64,000 nt of DNA from an uncultured Alphaproteobacteria bacterium (GCA_963826605.1 CAWGXN010000005.1:392116-456115); one strand, 5' to 3'. Numbered from the stretch's first letter, positions 43,634 to 54,161 are shown. Notes: a model not told the origin generated them from the letters alone. A program made the numbers and translations.

Positions 43634-44393
43634 CCATCCGCCAGGGCGGCGGCGAAGCGCAGCCGCACATAGTCAACGACCCATCCGCCCGACGGTTCGC
43701 GAAGGCGCGGCGCCAGCGCCTCGCGCAGCCCGTCGACAAAGCCGGCGCGCTCGGCCGCGGGCACGGCCGCCAGGAAGGACTTCGCCGAACGTCTCCAGCC
43801 AGCCGGCGATGTCGCCCGGGATCGGCGTCGGGCGCGGGATCAGCGCGATCTGGCGGACCGCGAACCCCGCCGCATCGAGCTTCGCGCGGTACGCCTCCGG
43901 GCGTGGGGAAGTACCAGGGATCGCAGGCGGCGGCGTCGAGCCCCCGCGCCGCCATCGCGCGCGCGATCTCGGCGCGCACCGCCGCGACGTTGCCGTCCCC
44001 GCCCATCTCGGCGACGAACCGCCCGCCGGGCTTGAGGGCGCGCGCGACGCCGCGCCAGCACCGCGTCGGGCCGCGTCATCCAGTGCAGCGCCGCGTTCGA
44101 CAGCACGCCGTCGAATTCGCGGTCGAAGGCCAAGCGCCTCGCCGTCCATCACATGCGCGTCGAGCCCGCGGCCCGCGCCGCCGCCGATCTGCTCGGCGCT
44201 CGCATCGACGCCGACGACCCGTGGCGCCGCGCGCGGAGATCTTTCGGTCAGCGCGCCGTCGCCGCAGCCGAGGTCGAGGATGCGCTCGCCCGGACGCGGG
44301 TCCAGCAGATCGAGCAGCGGCGCCCCGAGAGTCGGCGACGAACCGCGCGTTGCGGGCATAGCGTTCGGGGTTCCAGCTCTGGCGCGCGCTCAC
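43623..44393 (-). CDS. Class I SAM methyltransferase, Tam-like (multiple frameshifts)
   Basis: W..ERY.RNARFV, ILDLGCGDG, FDGV.SNAALHWM, PWYFP, RPTP.PGD..GWLETF. Confidence 0.82.
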
Positions 44394-44400
44394 GCCGGGC

Positions 44401-44924
44401 CTATTTCAGCTCGGGAGTCGTCGTCTTCCCGGAGCGCCGGTTTCGCCGCCCTTTTCGCCGCCGCCCTTTTCGCCGCCGCCGCCGGCCTTGCCGAACACGG
44501 CCTGGCCGACCAGCGAGATCAGGTCGACCGAGCCCTGGGTGTACTGGAACGCGTCGCCGTTCTTCATCATCTCGTCCGACGCCGCCGGGCGAGATCGCGA
44601 GGTAGTTCTCGCCGAGGAGGCCCGACAGCAGGATCTTCACCGCCGAATCCTTCGGGATCTTCACCGACGGCTCGATGCTCATGCGAAAGCTCGGCGAGAT
44701 ATGTGTCGGGATCAAGGCGCTCGCCGATCACCGAGCCGACCTTGATGCCGCTGATGCGCACGTCGGCGCCCGGCTTCACCCCGTCCACCCGGTCGAACTT
44801 GGCGAGCAGGTGATAGCCTTCGACCGCGCCCACATTCGGCGGTCGAATAGGCGAAGATCAGGAATCCGGCGGCGACCAGCAGCACCACGGCTCCCATCAC
44901 GGTCTCGATCAGGTTGCGTCCCAT
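44401..44924 (-). CDS. mlaD: MlaD/MCE family protein (frameshifted)
   Basis: [41 protein letters not shown]. Confidence 0.85.
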
Positions 44925-44958
44925 CGCGCCTCGCTCGCTGGTCGGCCTTGGCGGGCGG

Positions 44959-45319
44959 TCACGCCGGCCGCCACGGCTCGTAATCGTCGGTGCCGGCGGG
45001 CACCCGGCCGCCGGCCAGCGCGTGGCCCGGCGGCCGATAGGCCTCCGGCGTGCCGGTCGGGTTGGGCCGGTGCGGCTTTTGCCAGGGGCGGCGGCGCGGC
45101 GGCGCCTCGACCGGCGTCGACGTTCACCGTGTGGTGCAGCCAGCCATGCCATTCGGGCGGCACCGACGAGGCCTCGGCCGCGCCGGCATAGATCACCCAG
45201 CGCCGCTCGCGCCGGCCGGTCGGCCGGCCCTTCTCGCGGAAATAGCGGTTGCCGAAGGAATCCTCGCCGACCGGCTCGCCCTTGAGCCACGTATAGAGCC
45301 GCGTTCCCAGCGTCGTCAT
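44959..45319 (-). CDS. NADH:ubiquinone oxidoreductase subunit NDUFA12 family (frameshifted)
   Basis: [42 protein letters not shown]. Confidence 0.9.
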
Positions 45320-45448
45320 CGTCCCGTCGCGCCCCTCGCCCGCGCTAACCGCGCGCCCGGCCGCACGGCCGAGCGGAATATTGCACCTGCCGCCGGCCCC
45401 GTCCACCGCAACGGAGCCGCGCGATTCGGCGGGGCGAAGGTCGGTTTT

Positions 45449-45545
45449 CCACCGGATATGGTAGGAGTTCGTTAATCTTCCGCAAAATATGGTTGCGCAC
45501 GCGAAATCTGGGGGTTTAGTATTCTTGGACCGCAAGATATGGGCC
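45449..45545 (+). promoter_or_regulatory. Tandem NrdR-box-like sites
   Basis: CCACCGGATATGGTAG (45449), CCGCAAAATATGGTTG (45480, 31 bp later), CCGCAAGATATGGGCC (45530), upstream of an RNR homologue. Confidence 0.55.
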
Positions 45546-45591
45546 TGGATCGCGAGGGGACGCGGGGCCAGCAGGCGGCGGGGGGAAGACA

Positions 45592-48587
45592 GTGCGGATA
45601 GCGCGACGGTTCACCAGCGCCGGCCGGTCTCCCTACGAAGGGATCGCCTTCCGAGTGGCTGCGCGCGACGACGATATCGAGCGGACCGGGGTCGAGGCTG
45701 CCCGAGGCATGGTCGGCCGAATCGGGCGAGGCGCTGGCCGAGCTGTGCTTCGCCGAGCCCTGCGTGCCGCGCGCCACCGTGGCGATCCCCGAGGCCGACG
45801 TTCCGGCCTTCCTGTGGCGCCACCGGGCCGAGCGCGGCGCCGGCGACCGGCTCGATCCCGAGCACGATTCCCGCCAGGTCTTCGACCGTATCGCCGGCGC
45901 CTGGGCCTATCAGGGCTGGAAGGGCGGTGCCTTCGACAGCGAGGACGACGCCGCCACCTTCTATGACGAAATCCGCTATCTGCTGTGCCAGCGCATGATC
46001 GCGCCCGAGCCGGCCGAATGGCGCGCCACCGGCATGTGGTGGGCCTATGGAAGGGGCGGGGCGCGCGCGCGGCTGGATCGTCGACGACCGGTCGGGCGAA
46101 CTGCGCCGCGCCGAGCCGCGCGACGCGCCGCCGCATGGCGCGGCCATCGTGCGCACCCCGCGCGGCGGGGCGGCGCTCGACGGGGTGCTGGCGCCGTGGC
46201 GCGAGGAATCGCTGCTGCTGGCCGAAGGGCTGGACACCGCCATCGACGTCTCCGCCATCGCCGGGCCGGGAAGGCTGATCGCCGCGCTCGGCATCGGCGA
46301 CGCCGTCGCCCGTGCGATCGGCGAGGACGCCGCGCGCGCCCGCACGCTGGTGGTCGATGCCGCCCATCCGGATTCGCGGTCCGGTCGCGGCCCGCCGGAT
46401 GCGCGCGGCCGGGCGCGCGGCGATGACCGCCACCGGCGCGCATATCGCCCGGCGCCACCTTGCCGCGCTCGCCGCCGCCAGCCACGGGCGCGGCCGCAAG
46501 GCGTTCGACCCCGCGCGCAACCCGGCCCTGCGCCTCGCCCTGATCGCGGCGCGCGAGGCCGGCGTGCCGGAGGAATGGATCGAGCGGGCGCTGCGCCTCG
46601 CCCGCCAGGGGCGCGCCTTGCCGGAACTGCCGGCGCTGGACGAGACGGTGGCGGACGAGGAGACCGGGCTCGCCGTCGCGCGCCACGTGCTGCGCATGTC
46701 CGGCCCGGTCGAGGGGCCGTCGCTCGGCGACCTGGCCCTCGCCGCGTGGATGGGGCCCGGCGCGGGCGCTTTGTTCGCCGACACCGCCCAGGCGTGGAAT
46801 CCCGTGCCCCGCCGACGGCGGCATCGCCGCCGCCGCGTGCGACGGCGGCTACGTCTTCCTCGACGGCACGGCCTGCCCGCGCGCGGCGGTCAACGTGCTC
46901 GCCTTCCGCCGCTCCGACGGCTCGTTCGACGCGCCGGCGCTGGCCGACGCGGTCCGGCTGCTGGTCGTGGCGCTCGATTCCAGCCTGGCGACGACCGCCC
47001 AGCCGACCCCGGGCATCGCCGACGGGGTCTGGCGCACGCGGCCGATCGGGATCTCGCTCGCCAACCTCGCCCCGGTGCTGCTGGCGCACGCCCAGGGCTA
47101 CGATTCCACGGGCGGGCGGGCGCTCGCCGCCGCCATCGCGGCCTTGGTCGGCGCCGCCGCCACCTGCGCGTCGGCCGAGATGGCGGGCGAGCTGGGCGCC
47201 TTCCCGCGCTTCGCCGACAATCGCGACGCCGTGCTGCGCGTGATCGCCAACCACGCCCGCGCCGCCGCCGGCGCCCGCGAGGGCTATGACGGGCTGCCCT
47301 GCGCGCCGGTGCCGCTCGACGCGGCCGACTGCCCCGACCCGGCGCTGGCCGAGGCGGCGCGGCTCGCCTGGCAGCGCGCGGCGACGCTGGCCGCCGCGCA
47401 CGGTCTGCGCCATGCCCAGACGACGCTGGTCGCGCCGCTCGGCGCCGCCGAGCGCATCCTCGGCTGCGCGGCCTACGGCATCGACCCGCTCCCGGCCGTC
47501 GTCGCGTTCGAGCGCCTGCCGGGCGGCGGGTTCCGCAAGACGGTCAGCCGCGAGGCGGTCGGCGCGCTCACCGCGCTCGGCTACGACGAAACGCGCATCG
47601 CCGAGCTTGTGGCGCACGCGCTGGGGCGCAACACGCTGGCCGGCGCGCCCGCCATCGACCATCGCAGCCTGCGCGAGCGCGGCTTCACCGAGGCGGCGCT
47701 GCAGGCGATCGAAGTCCGCCCTGGCCCACGCGCTCGACATACGGTTCGTGTTCAACCGCTGGACGCTGGGGCTCGAGTTCTGCACCCGCGTTCTCGGCTT
47801 CTCGCACGCCGAGCTCGACGATTACGGCTTCGACATGCTGTGCGGCCTCGGCTTCACCGAGGACGAGATCGCCGCCGCCAACGCGTGGAGCTGCGGCGCG
47901 ATGGGCTTCGAAGGCGCGCCCGGGCTCGATCCCGCGCACCTCGCCGTGTTCGATGGGCCGCGCCGCCAGGGCACCGGCCAGCGCGCACTCACGACCCTCG
48001 CCCAGATCCGCATGATGGCGGCGGTCCAGCCCTATCTGTCGGGCGGCGTCGGCCGCACCCTCGCCATGCCGGCCGAGGCGACGATCGAGGATTGCGCCGG
48101 GGCGGTGGTCGCCGCCCGCCAGCTCGGCCTCAAGGGGCTGATGGTGGCGCGCGAGGGCGCGGCCATACCGGTGCCGGCCGAGCTGCCGCGCGAGATCGCG
48201 CAGCGCCGCCTGCGCGAGACGCAGGGGCCGTCCGAGCGGCGGCCGACGACGTTCGGCGGCGGTGAATCCGATCCGCCGCCCCTGCGCGAGCGGCTGACGG
48301 TCATCGAGGGCGGCGAGCATCCGGCCGGGGCGCCGCAACCGACGGCGGAGGGGGGCGGCGGGGCCCTCGCGATCCTGGGCCCCGCCGGACCGCTCGGCCG
48401 GTCGCAGGCGCTTGCCATCGCGCTCACCGCGCGCGACGTGGCGGCCGCCGCCGAGGAGCATCACGAGACGTGCGGGCAGGGGCAGGCGCAGTCGCGCTGC
48501 CCCGACTGCGGGAGCTTCGCCCTGCTTCGGACCGAGGCGGGCGCGAAGTGCGGCATCTGTGGCGCCGTGCATCGTTGCCGCGAGTGA
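45592..48587 (+). CDS. Degenerate class II (B12-type) ribonucleotide reductase homologue, predicted catalytically inactive (several indels)
   Basis: Collinear with alphaproteobacterial NrdJ ([47 protein letters not shown]) but catalytic motifs are replaced; C-terminal CPDC..CGIC. Confidence 0.8.
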
Positions 48588-48759
48588 GTAACACGGCAGT
48601 CTGACGTTGCGTCTCCCTGAACTTCGGGGGGTGTGCATGGGCCACACCCCCCGTTTTTATGCCGCTTTCCGGTTCCGCCGTGCCCGCCATGACGGGCGCG
48701 ATGCCCTTGCCGCCGCCCGGTGCGCTTGCGATGATGGCGGCGAACCAGCGGAGAGGCGG

Positions 48760-49434
48760 ATGTTCTACGAGCCGGACAAGAACGATCATGGCCTGCCCTT
48801 CAACCCGTTCAAGTCGATCTGCGTGCCGCGCCCGATCGCCTGGGTGTCGACGCTGAGCCCGGACGGCGTGCAGAACCTGGCCCCGTTCAGCCAGTTCCAG
48901 AATCTCTGCTACGACCCGCCGCATGTGATGTTCGCGCCGACATCGCGCTCCGACACCGCGTGCAACATCCATCGGACGGGCGAGTTCGTGATCAACATGG
49001 CGACCTGGGCGCTGCGCGAGAAGGTGAACATCACCGCCGGCGTCTACCCGCCGGAGACGGACGAGGCGGCGCTGGCGGGGCTGGAGATGATCCCGTCGCG
49101 GCTGGTCGGCCCGCCGCGGGTGAAGCTCTCGCCGGTCCAGCTCGAATGCCGGCTTTATACCGTCCTGACCCTGCCGCAGCGCGTCGCCGACAGCACCCAG
49201 GACGTCATCATCGGCCGCGTCGTGGGGGTGCACATCGCCGACGACGCCCTGACGCCCGATGGGCGCATCGACGTGGTGAAGCTGCGTCCGCTCGCCCGGC
49301 TCGGCTATCTCGACTACACCTCGATCGAATCCAGCTTCACCATGCCGCCACCCGACGGACCGGCCGCTGCGCGCCAGCGCCGCGGACTGGAAGGCCGGCC
49401 GGAAGAGGCCGCGTCTGCGGAGGCAACGTCATGA
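48760..49434 (+). CDS. Flavin reductase family protein (DIM6/NTAB-like)
   Basis: VPRPIAWVST, NLAPFS.F, TGEFVINM, PLARLGY. Confidence 0.88.
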   Translation: MFYEPDKNDHGLPFNPFKSICVPRPIAWVSTLSPDGVQNLAPFSQFQNLCYDPPHVMFAPTSRSDTACNIHRTGEFVINMATWALREKVNITAGVYPPETDEAALAGLEMIPSRLVGPPRVKLSPVQLECRLYTVLTLPQRVADSTQDVIIGRVVGVHIADDALTPDGRIDVVKLRPLARLGYLDYTSIESSFTMPPPDGPAAARQRRGLEGRPEEAASAEATS

Positions 49435-50390
49435 AGAAGGCCGTTCTCGTTTTCGCGCTGGCCCTGGCCACCGCCACGTTCGCGGCGCGCGCCGACGCCG
49501 CCGACAAGCTGCGCGTCGGCCGGTCGCCGAGCTTCCTGTTCGCCTACACCCCGGCCGACGTCGCGGTGGCCAAGGGCTTCTTCGCGAAGCGCGACCTCGA
49601 GATCCAGCGCATCGACTTCAACGGCGCGTCCAAGCAGTACGCCGCGATGATCGCGGGCGCGATCGACGTCGCGCTCGGCTCGCCGACCGGCATGGCGATG
49701 GAGGTGAAAGGGATGGAGGCGAAGGGCATCGCCGTCATCTGCCGGCCGATGCTCGAGCTCGGCATCATCGTGCCGTGGGATTCGCCCATCAAGACGCTCG
49801 ACGACCTGAAGGGCAAGCGGATCGGCATCGCGACCGCCGGCTCGATCACCCATTGGCTCGCCCTCGAGCTCGAGCGGGTGAAGGGCTGGCCGAAGGGCTC
49901 GCTCAAGCTCGCCTCCATCGGGTCGGGTTCCGGCGCGGCGGAGACGGCGCTCCGGACGAACATCGTCGATGCCGATATCGGCAATGCCACGCTGGGCATC
50001 GTGCTGGCGCGCTCGAAGCGGGGCCGGCTGCTCGCCACCGGCGCCGACTTCGTGAAGCACTTCATCATGCACGAGATGTACGCCTCCGACGAAATCCTGA
50101 AGGAGAACCCGGTCGCCGTCCGCCATTTCCTGGAAGGCTGGTACGAGGCGGTCGACTGGATGCGCGGCCATCGCGAGGAGGCGATCGACATCTCGCGCAA
50201 GGCGACGGGCCTGACCCAGGCTGAGCAGGAGGGCGAGTACGACCGGCTGATGGCGAGCCTGTCGACCGACGGGCGGTTCGACCCGGCCGACATCAAGCGC
50301 ATCGGCAAGTTGTTCGTCGAGCTCAAGATGCTGCCGAAGGAGCCCGACATGTCGAAGCTCTACACGGAGGCCTATCTGCCGGCCAAGTGA
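49431..50390 (+). CDS. ABC substrate-binding protein, NMT1/SsuA-like
   Basis: Signal peptide, KGFF, DLKGKRIGI...GS.T; ATGA overlap with the flavin reductase gene. Confidence 0.82.
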   Translation: MKKAVLVFALALATATFAARADAADKLRVGRSPSFLFAYTPADVAVAKGFFAKRDLEIQRIDFNGASKQYAAMIAGAIDVALGSPTGMAMEVKGMEAKGIAVICRPMLELGIIVPWDSPIKTLDDLKGKRIGIATAGSITHWLALELERVKGWPKGSLKLASIGSGSGAAETALRTNIVDADIGNATLGIVLARSKRGRLLATGADFVKHFIMHEMYASDEILKENPVAVRHFLEGWYEAVDWMRGHREEAIDISRKATGLTQAEQEGEYDRLMASLSTDGRFDPADIKRIGKLFVELKMLPKEPDMSKLYTEAYLPAK

Positions 50391-50403
50391 TGTTCGAGGC
50401 CTA

Positions 50404-50532
50404 CCGTTCGTGCTGAGGAGCGGCTTGGCGACGCCAAGCCGCGTCTCGAAGTGCGAACGGAAGCTCTTATCATGGCCGTTCGCCCTTCGAGACAGCCCGC
50501 CGCTTCGCGGCTGGCTTCCTCAGGACGAACGG
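50404..50532. repeat. Palindromic repeat, family B
   Basis: CCGTTCGTGCTGAGGAG..GTCTCGAAG / CCTTCGAGAC..CCTCAGGACGAACGG. Confidence 0.85.
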
Positions 50533-50635
50533 CTTCGAGTTGGAATTCGACATTTCTCGATTGTTCTCGGAAGGCACTTTCGCCCGTGCCCGGCGTTCCG
50601 TAGTCTCGCGGCCTGACAATAACGAGGGGAATGAC

Positions 50636-51100
50636 ATGGCCGGAAAGATCGAGGCGCGCCTGAACGAACTCGGGATCAACCTGCCGGAGGCGCCGGCGCC
50701 GCGCGCCAACTACGTGCCCTGGGTGACGACGGGGAACCTCGTGTTCATCGCGGGCCAGGTGTCGCGCGTGGGCGACGAGACGGTGGCGGGCAAGGTCGGC
50801 GGCAATCTCGACATCGCCGCCGGCCAGCGCGCGGCCAGGCTCTGCGCGCTCAACATCCTCGCCCATCTGAAGGCGGCGTGCGGCGGCGACCTCGACCGGG
50901 TGCGGCGCGCGGTGAAGCTCGGCGGGTTCGTCAATGCCGGGCCTGACTTCCCCGATTCGCCGGCGGTGATCAACGGCGCGTCGGACCTGCTGGTCGAGAT
51001 TTTCGGCGAGCCGGGCAAGCATGCGCGCTTCGCCGTGGCCGTCGCGTCGCTGCCGGCCAACGTCGCGGTCGAAATCGACGCGGTGTTCGAGATCGCCTGA
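50636..51100 (+). CDS. RidA/YjgF family protein
   Basis: P.ANYVP, FIAGQ, VINGASDL, GKHAR.AV...SLP. Confidence 0.88.
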   Translation: MAGKIEARLNELGINLPEAPAPRANYVPWVTTGNLVFIAGQVSRVGDETVAGKVGGNLDIAAGQRAARLCALNILAHLKAACGGDLDRVRRAVKLGGFVNAGPDFPDSPAVINGASDLLVEIFGEPGKHARFAVAVASLPANVAVEIDAVFEIA

Positions 51101-51115
51101 ACGAAGGATCGCGCC

Positions 51116-52291
51116 ATGCCCGACGGCGGCGACAGCGTGACCATCCGGGCGATCGAGAAGATCGCCGACATCGACCCCGCCGACTGGGATGCCTGCGCCG
51201 GTCCCGACAACCCGTTCGTCAGCCACGCCTTCCTGAAGGCGCTCGAGGATTCGGGCGCGGCCAACGCAAAGGCGGGCTGGCTGCCGCACCATCTGGTGAT
51301 GGAGGACGCGGCGCACCGCGTGATCGGCTGTGTGCCGGCCTACGTGAAAAGCCATTCCTACGGCGAGTACGTGTTCGACTGGGGCTGGGCCGACGCCTTC
51401 CAGCGCGCCGGCGGGCGCTACTATCCCAAGCTCCAGGTCGCGGTGCCGTTCAGCCCGGTCACCGGGCCGCGCCTGCTCGCCCGCGCCGACGACGCCGGCG
51501 ACGTCGAGGGGCGCCGCCGGCTGCTCGCCGCCGGTCTGGTGGAGGTGGCGAAGAAGCTGCGCGTCTCCTCGCTCCACGTCACCTTCGCGACCGAGGCGGA
51601 ATGGCGGCTGATGGGCGAGATGGGCTTCCTCCAGCGCCAGGGCCAGCAGTTCCACTGGCACAATCGCGGCTACGGGACGTTCGACGACTTTCTCGATGCG
51701 CTGACTTCGCGCCGGCGCAAGACCATCCGCAAGGAGCGGCGCGAGGCGAACGACGAGGTCGAGATCGAGGTGCTGACCGGCGCCGACATCCAGCCGCACC
51801 ACATGGACGCGTTCTACCGGTTCTACATGAACACGGTCGACCGCAAATGGGCGAACGACTATCTCAATCGCGGCTTCTTCCGCCGGCTGCGCGAGGTGAT
51901 GCCCGACAAGATCGTGCTGGTGATGGCGAAGCACGAGGGCGAATACGTCGCCGGCGCCATCAATTTGCGCGGGACGGACACGCTGTTCGGCCGCAACTGG
52001 GGCTGTATCGAGCGGTTCCGCATGCTCTATTTCGAGGCGTGCTTCTACCGCGCCATCGAGTTCGCCATCGCCAACGGCATCCAGAAGGTCGAGGCGGGCG
52101 CGCAGGGGCCGCACAAGATCAGCCGGGGGTATCTCCCGTCCCCCACCTACTCGGCGCACTGGATCCGCGACGACCATTTCCGCGACGCGGTCGCCGATTT
52201 CCTGAAGCGCGAGCGCCGCGCCATGACGCGCGAGATGGAAGCGCTGACCGAGGAACGCTCGCCCTACCGCCACGAGAACGGGGAAGAGTAG
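51116..52291 (+). CDS. GNAT/FemAB-like protein (DUF482 type)
   Basis: KSHSYGEYVFDWGWA, YYPKL, PFSPVTGPRL, FGRNWG, EAGAQG.HK. Confidence 0.88.
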   Translation: MPDGGDSVTIRAIEKIADIDPADWDACAGPDNPFVSHAFLKALEDSGAANAKAGWLPHHLVMEDAAHRVIGCVPAYVKSHSYGEYVFDWGWADAFQRAGGRYYPKLQVAVPFSPVTGPRLLARADDAGDVEGRRRLLAAGLVEVAKKLRVSSLHVTFATEAEWRLMGEMGFLQRQGQQFHWHNRGYGTFDDFLDALTSRRRKTIRKERREANDEVEIEVLTGADIQPHHMDAFYRFYMNTVDRKWANDYLNRGFFRRLREVMPDKIVLVMAKHEGEYVAGAINLRGTDTLFGRNWGCIERFRMLYFEACFYRAIEFAIANGIQKVEAGAQGPHKISRGYLPSPTYSAHWIRDDHFRDAVADFLKRERRAMTREMEALTEERSPYRHENGEE

Positions 52292-52310
52292 TGAAAGGGG
52301 TTACGCATAA

Positions 52311-52455
52311 CCCCTCTCCCCAACCCCCCCCCTCAAGGGGGGAGGGGGCGACCACAGTCGCCCGTGCGCCGCTGTAAGGCTCGGTGCTGTTTCGCAAGAA
52401 GGCTGGTGGCAGGAGCGTTCCCTCCCCCCTTGAGGGGGAGGGACAGGGAGAGGGG
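52311..52455 (+). repeat. Family C REP doublet / MITE-like unit
   Basis: CCCCAACCC..CCCTCAAGGGGGGAGGGGGCGA ... TTCCCTCCCCCCTTGAGGGGGAGGGACAGGGAGAGGGG. Confidence 0.88.
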
Positions 52456-52462
52456 TCGATCC

Positions 52463-53546
52463 CTACCGGTCGTATTTGCGCTCGTGGAAGCGCGGCAGCG
52501 GCAGGTCGAGCTCGAACGATTCCTTGGCGAACAAATCCTCGAGGCGCGGGCGCGGAAGGTCGCCGAGAAGCTGGGCGTGCACGTAGCCGACCAGCGTGTC
52601 GTAGTTCTTGCGGTTGGCTGCCGACCAGCCGAACTCCCACGGGTCGGGCCCCAGCATCTCCATCTCGCGCTCGCAATAGGTCTGGTACCAGGCGAGCGGC
52701 ACGATGCGCGGATTGACGAGGTGCTGGTAGGCGAGCTGCTTCGCCTCCTCGAACGCGTGGACCAGCGATTCCACCACCCACGGGTGCTTCTCGACGATCT
52801 TCGTCGGCACGGTGGTGACGTGCATGATCGGGAAGATGCCGGTCTTGCGGTAATAGTCGCGCTCGACCTCGTCATAGTTCGGCCATAGGCGCCCGACGCG
52901 CGGGTCATGCCTGCCGATCATGTCGGTGATCGAGGGCGACAGCACGCCTTCGATCTCGCCTTTGAGCAGCATCTCGTTGGCCGACGTGCCCTTCGGCGTC
53001 ATCTCGACCTTGAGGTCGCGGGGCGCCTTCTGGTCCTGGTCGTCCGAATGGTCGATCACCCAGGTGATCGACTTGGTGGGCACGCCCGCCTCTTCCAGAT
53101 AGCCGCGCATCCAGTAGTTGGCGGCCGGGCCCCATCGAGACCGAGCCGATGCGCTTGCCGACCAGATCCTTGGGTGTCTTCACCTTGGCGCGGTTGACGT
53201 AGATGAAGCCGTGGCGGAAGCGGCGGTGCAGGAACACCGGGATCGCGGTCACGTCGTCGCGCCCGTGCGCCTTCTGGAACACGTAGTGCCCGCCGTTGAA
53301 CTCGTTGATGTCGGCCGCCTTGCCCTGCGCCACCGCGTCGTGGATCTCCTTCCCGCCGGGGAAGCGCGCGATCTGGATGTCGATCCCTTTGGGCTGGACC
53401 GCGCCTTCCTTGAAGGCGCGCACGATCTCGTACGGGCCGGTCAGCAGGGACAGCTTCAACTTGCCTGCGCGCTTCGCGGCGGGCTTCCGCGCCGGAGCCG
53501 CACTGGCCTTGCCCTTGGTCTTCTTCAGTGCCGCCGTGCGTGCCAT
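52463..53546 (-). CDS. 4,5-dihydroxyphthalate decarboxylase-like / PBP2-fold protein (frameshift near 53130)
   Basis: AIPVFLHRRFRHGFIYVN, ERDYYRKTGIFPIMH, GPDPWEFG; Lys/Ala-rich N-terminus and no signal peptide. Confidence 0.75.
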
Positions 53547-53609
53547 CGCCCCCTCCCGCGTTCCGCTGGGGCGAGACTACACCATTTGCGGCAGGCGCGG
53601 CTTTGGCGG

Positions 53610-54161
53610 CTAGGGGTAGATTTCGATCGGGGTGCCGACCTCGACCCGCGACCAGATGCGGTCCATCTGGCGGTCGGTCACGGCGATGCAGCCGTCGGTC
53701 CAGTCGATTTCGGGATGGCCGATATAGTGCGCGGTGACACCGTTGGGCAGGCCGTGGATCTCGATCTTGCCGCCCGGGTCGACGCCCATCGCGCGCGCCC
53801 GCGCCCGGTCGTGGGCGTTGGGGTAGGAGATGCGGATGGCCCGGTAGAAGCTGGAGGTGTCGAGCTTGGCGTCGAGCGTGTACCGCCCCTCGGGCGTGCG
53901 CTTGTCGCCCTGGTATCGCTTCGGCCCCTTCTCGGCGTAGCGTCCGAGCGCGACCGGAAATACGTCCAGCACCCGGTCCCCGCGCAGCAGCACCAACTCG
54001 TGCTTCTGCTTGAACAGCACCACCAGGTCGGCCTTCATCATGCCGGGCGGGGTCAGGGCGGCGAGCTGGTCGTCGCCGCGCCCCTTCGCCTCGGCTCCCC
54101 CCGGCGCGCCCGCCAAAACCGCCGCCAGCATGGCGACAAGCGCCACTGCGAACCGTCGCAT
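53610..54161 (-). CDS. L,D-transpeptidase (YkuD family)
   Basis: GPK...GD.RTPEG.Y, ISYPN, IEIHG, WTDGCIA; signal peptide. Confidence 0.9.
   Translation of the reverse strand: MRRFAVALVAMLAAVLAGAPGGAEAKGRGDDQLAALTPPGMMKADLVVLFKQKHELVLLRGDRVLDVFPVALGRYAEKGPKRYQGDKRTPEGRYTLDAKLDTSSFYRAIRISYPNAHDRARARAMGVDPGGKIEIHGLPNGVTAHYIGHPEIDWTDGCIAVTDRQMDRIWSRVEVGTPIEIYP

Noticed and set aside
45320-45591. Cobalamin riboswitch upstream of the NrdJ-like gene (also checked 61418-61529 before the MetE-like gene)
   Set aside because: No B12-box or conserved core elements recognised, and the second gap is too short
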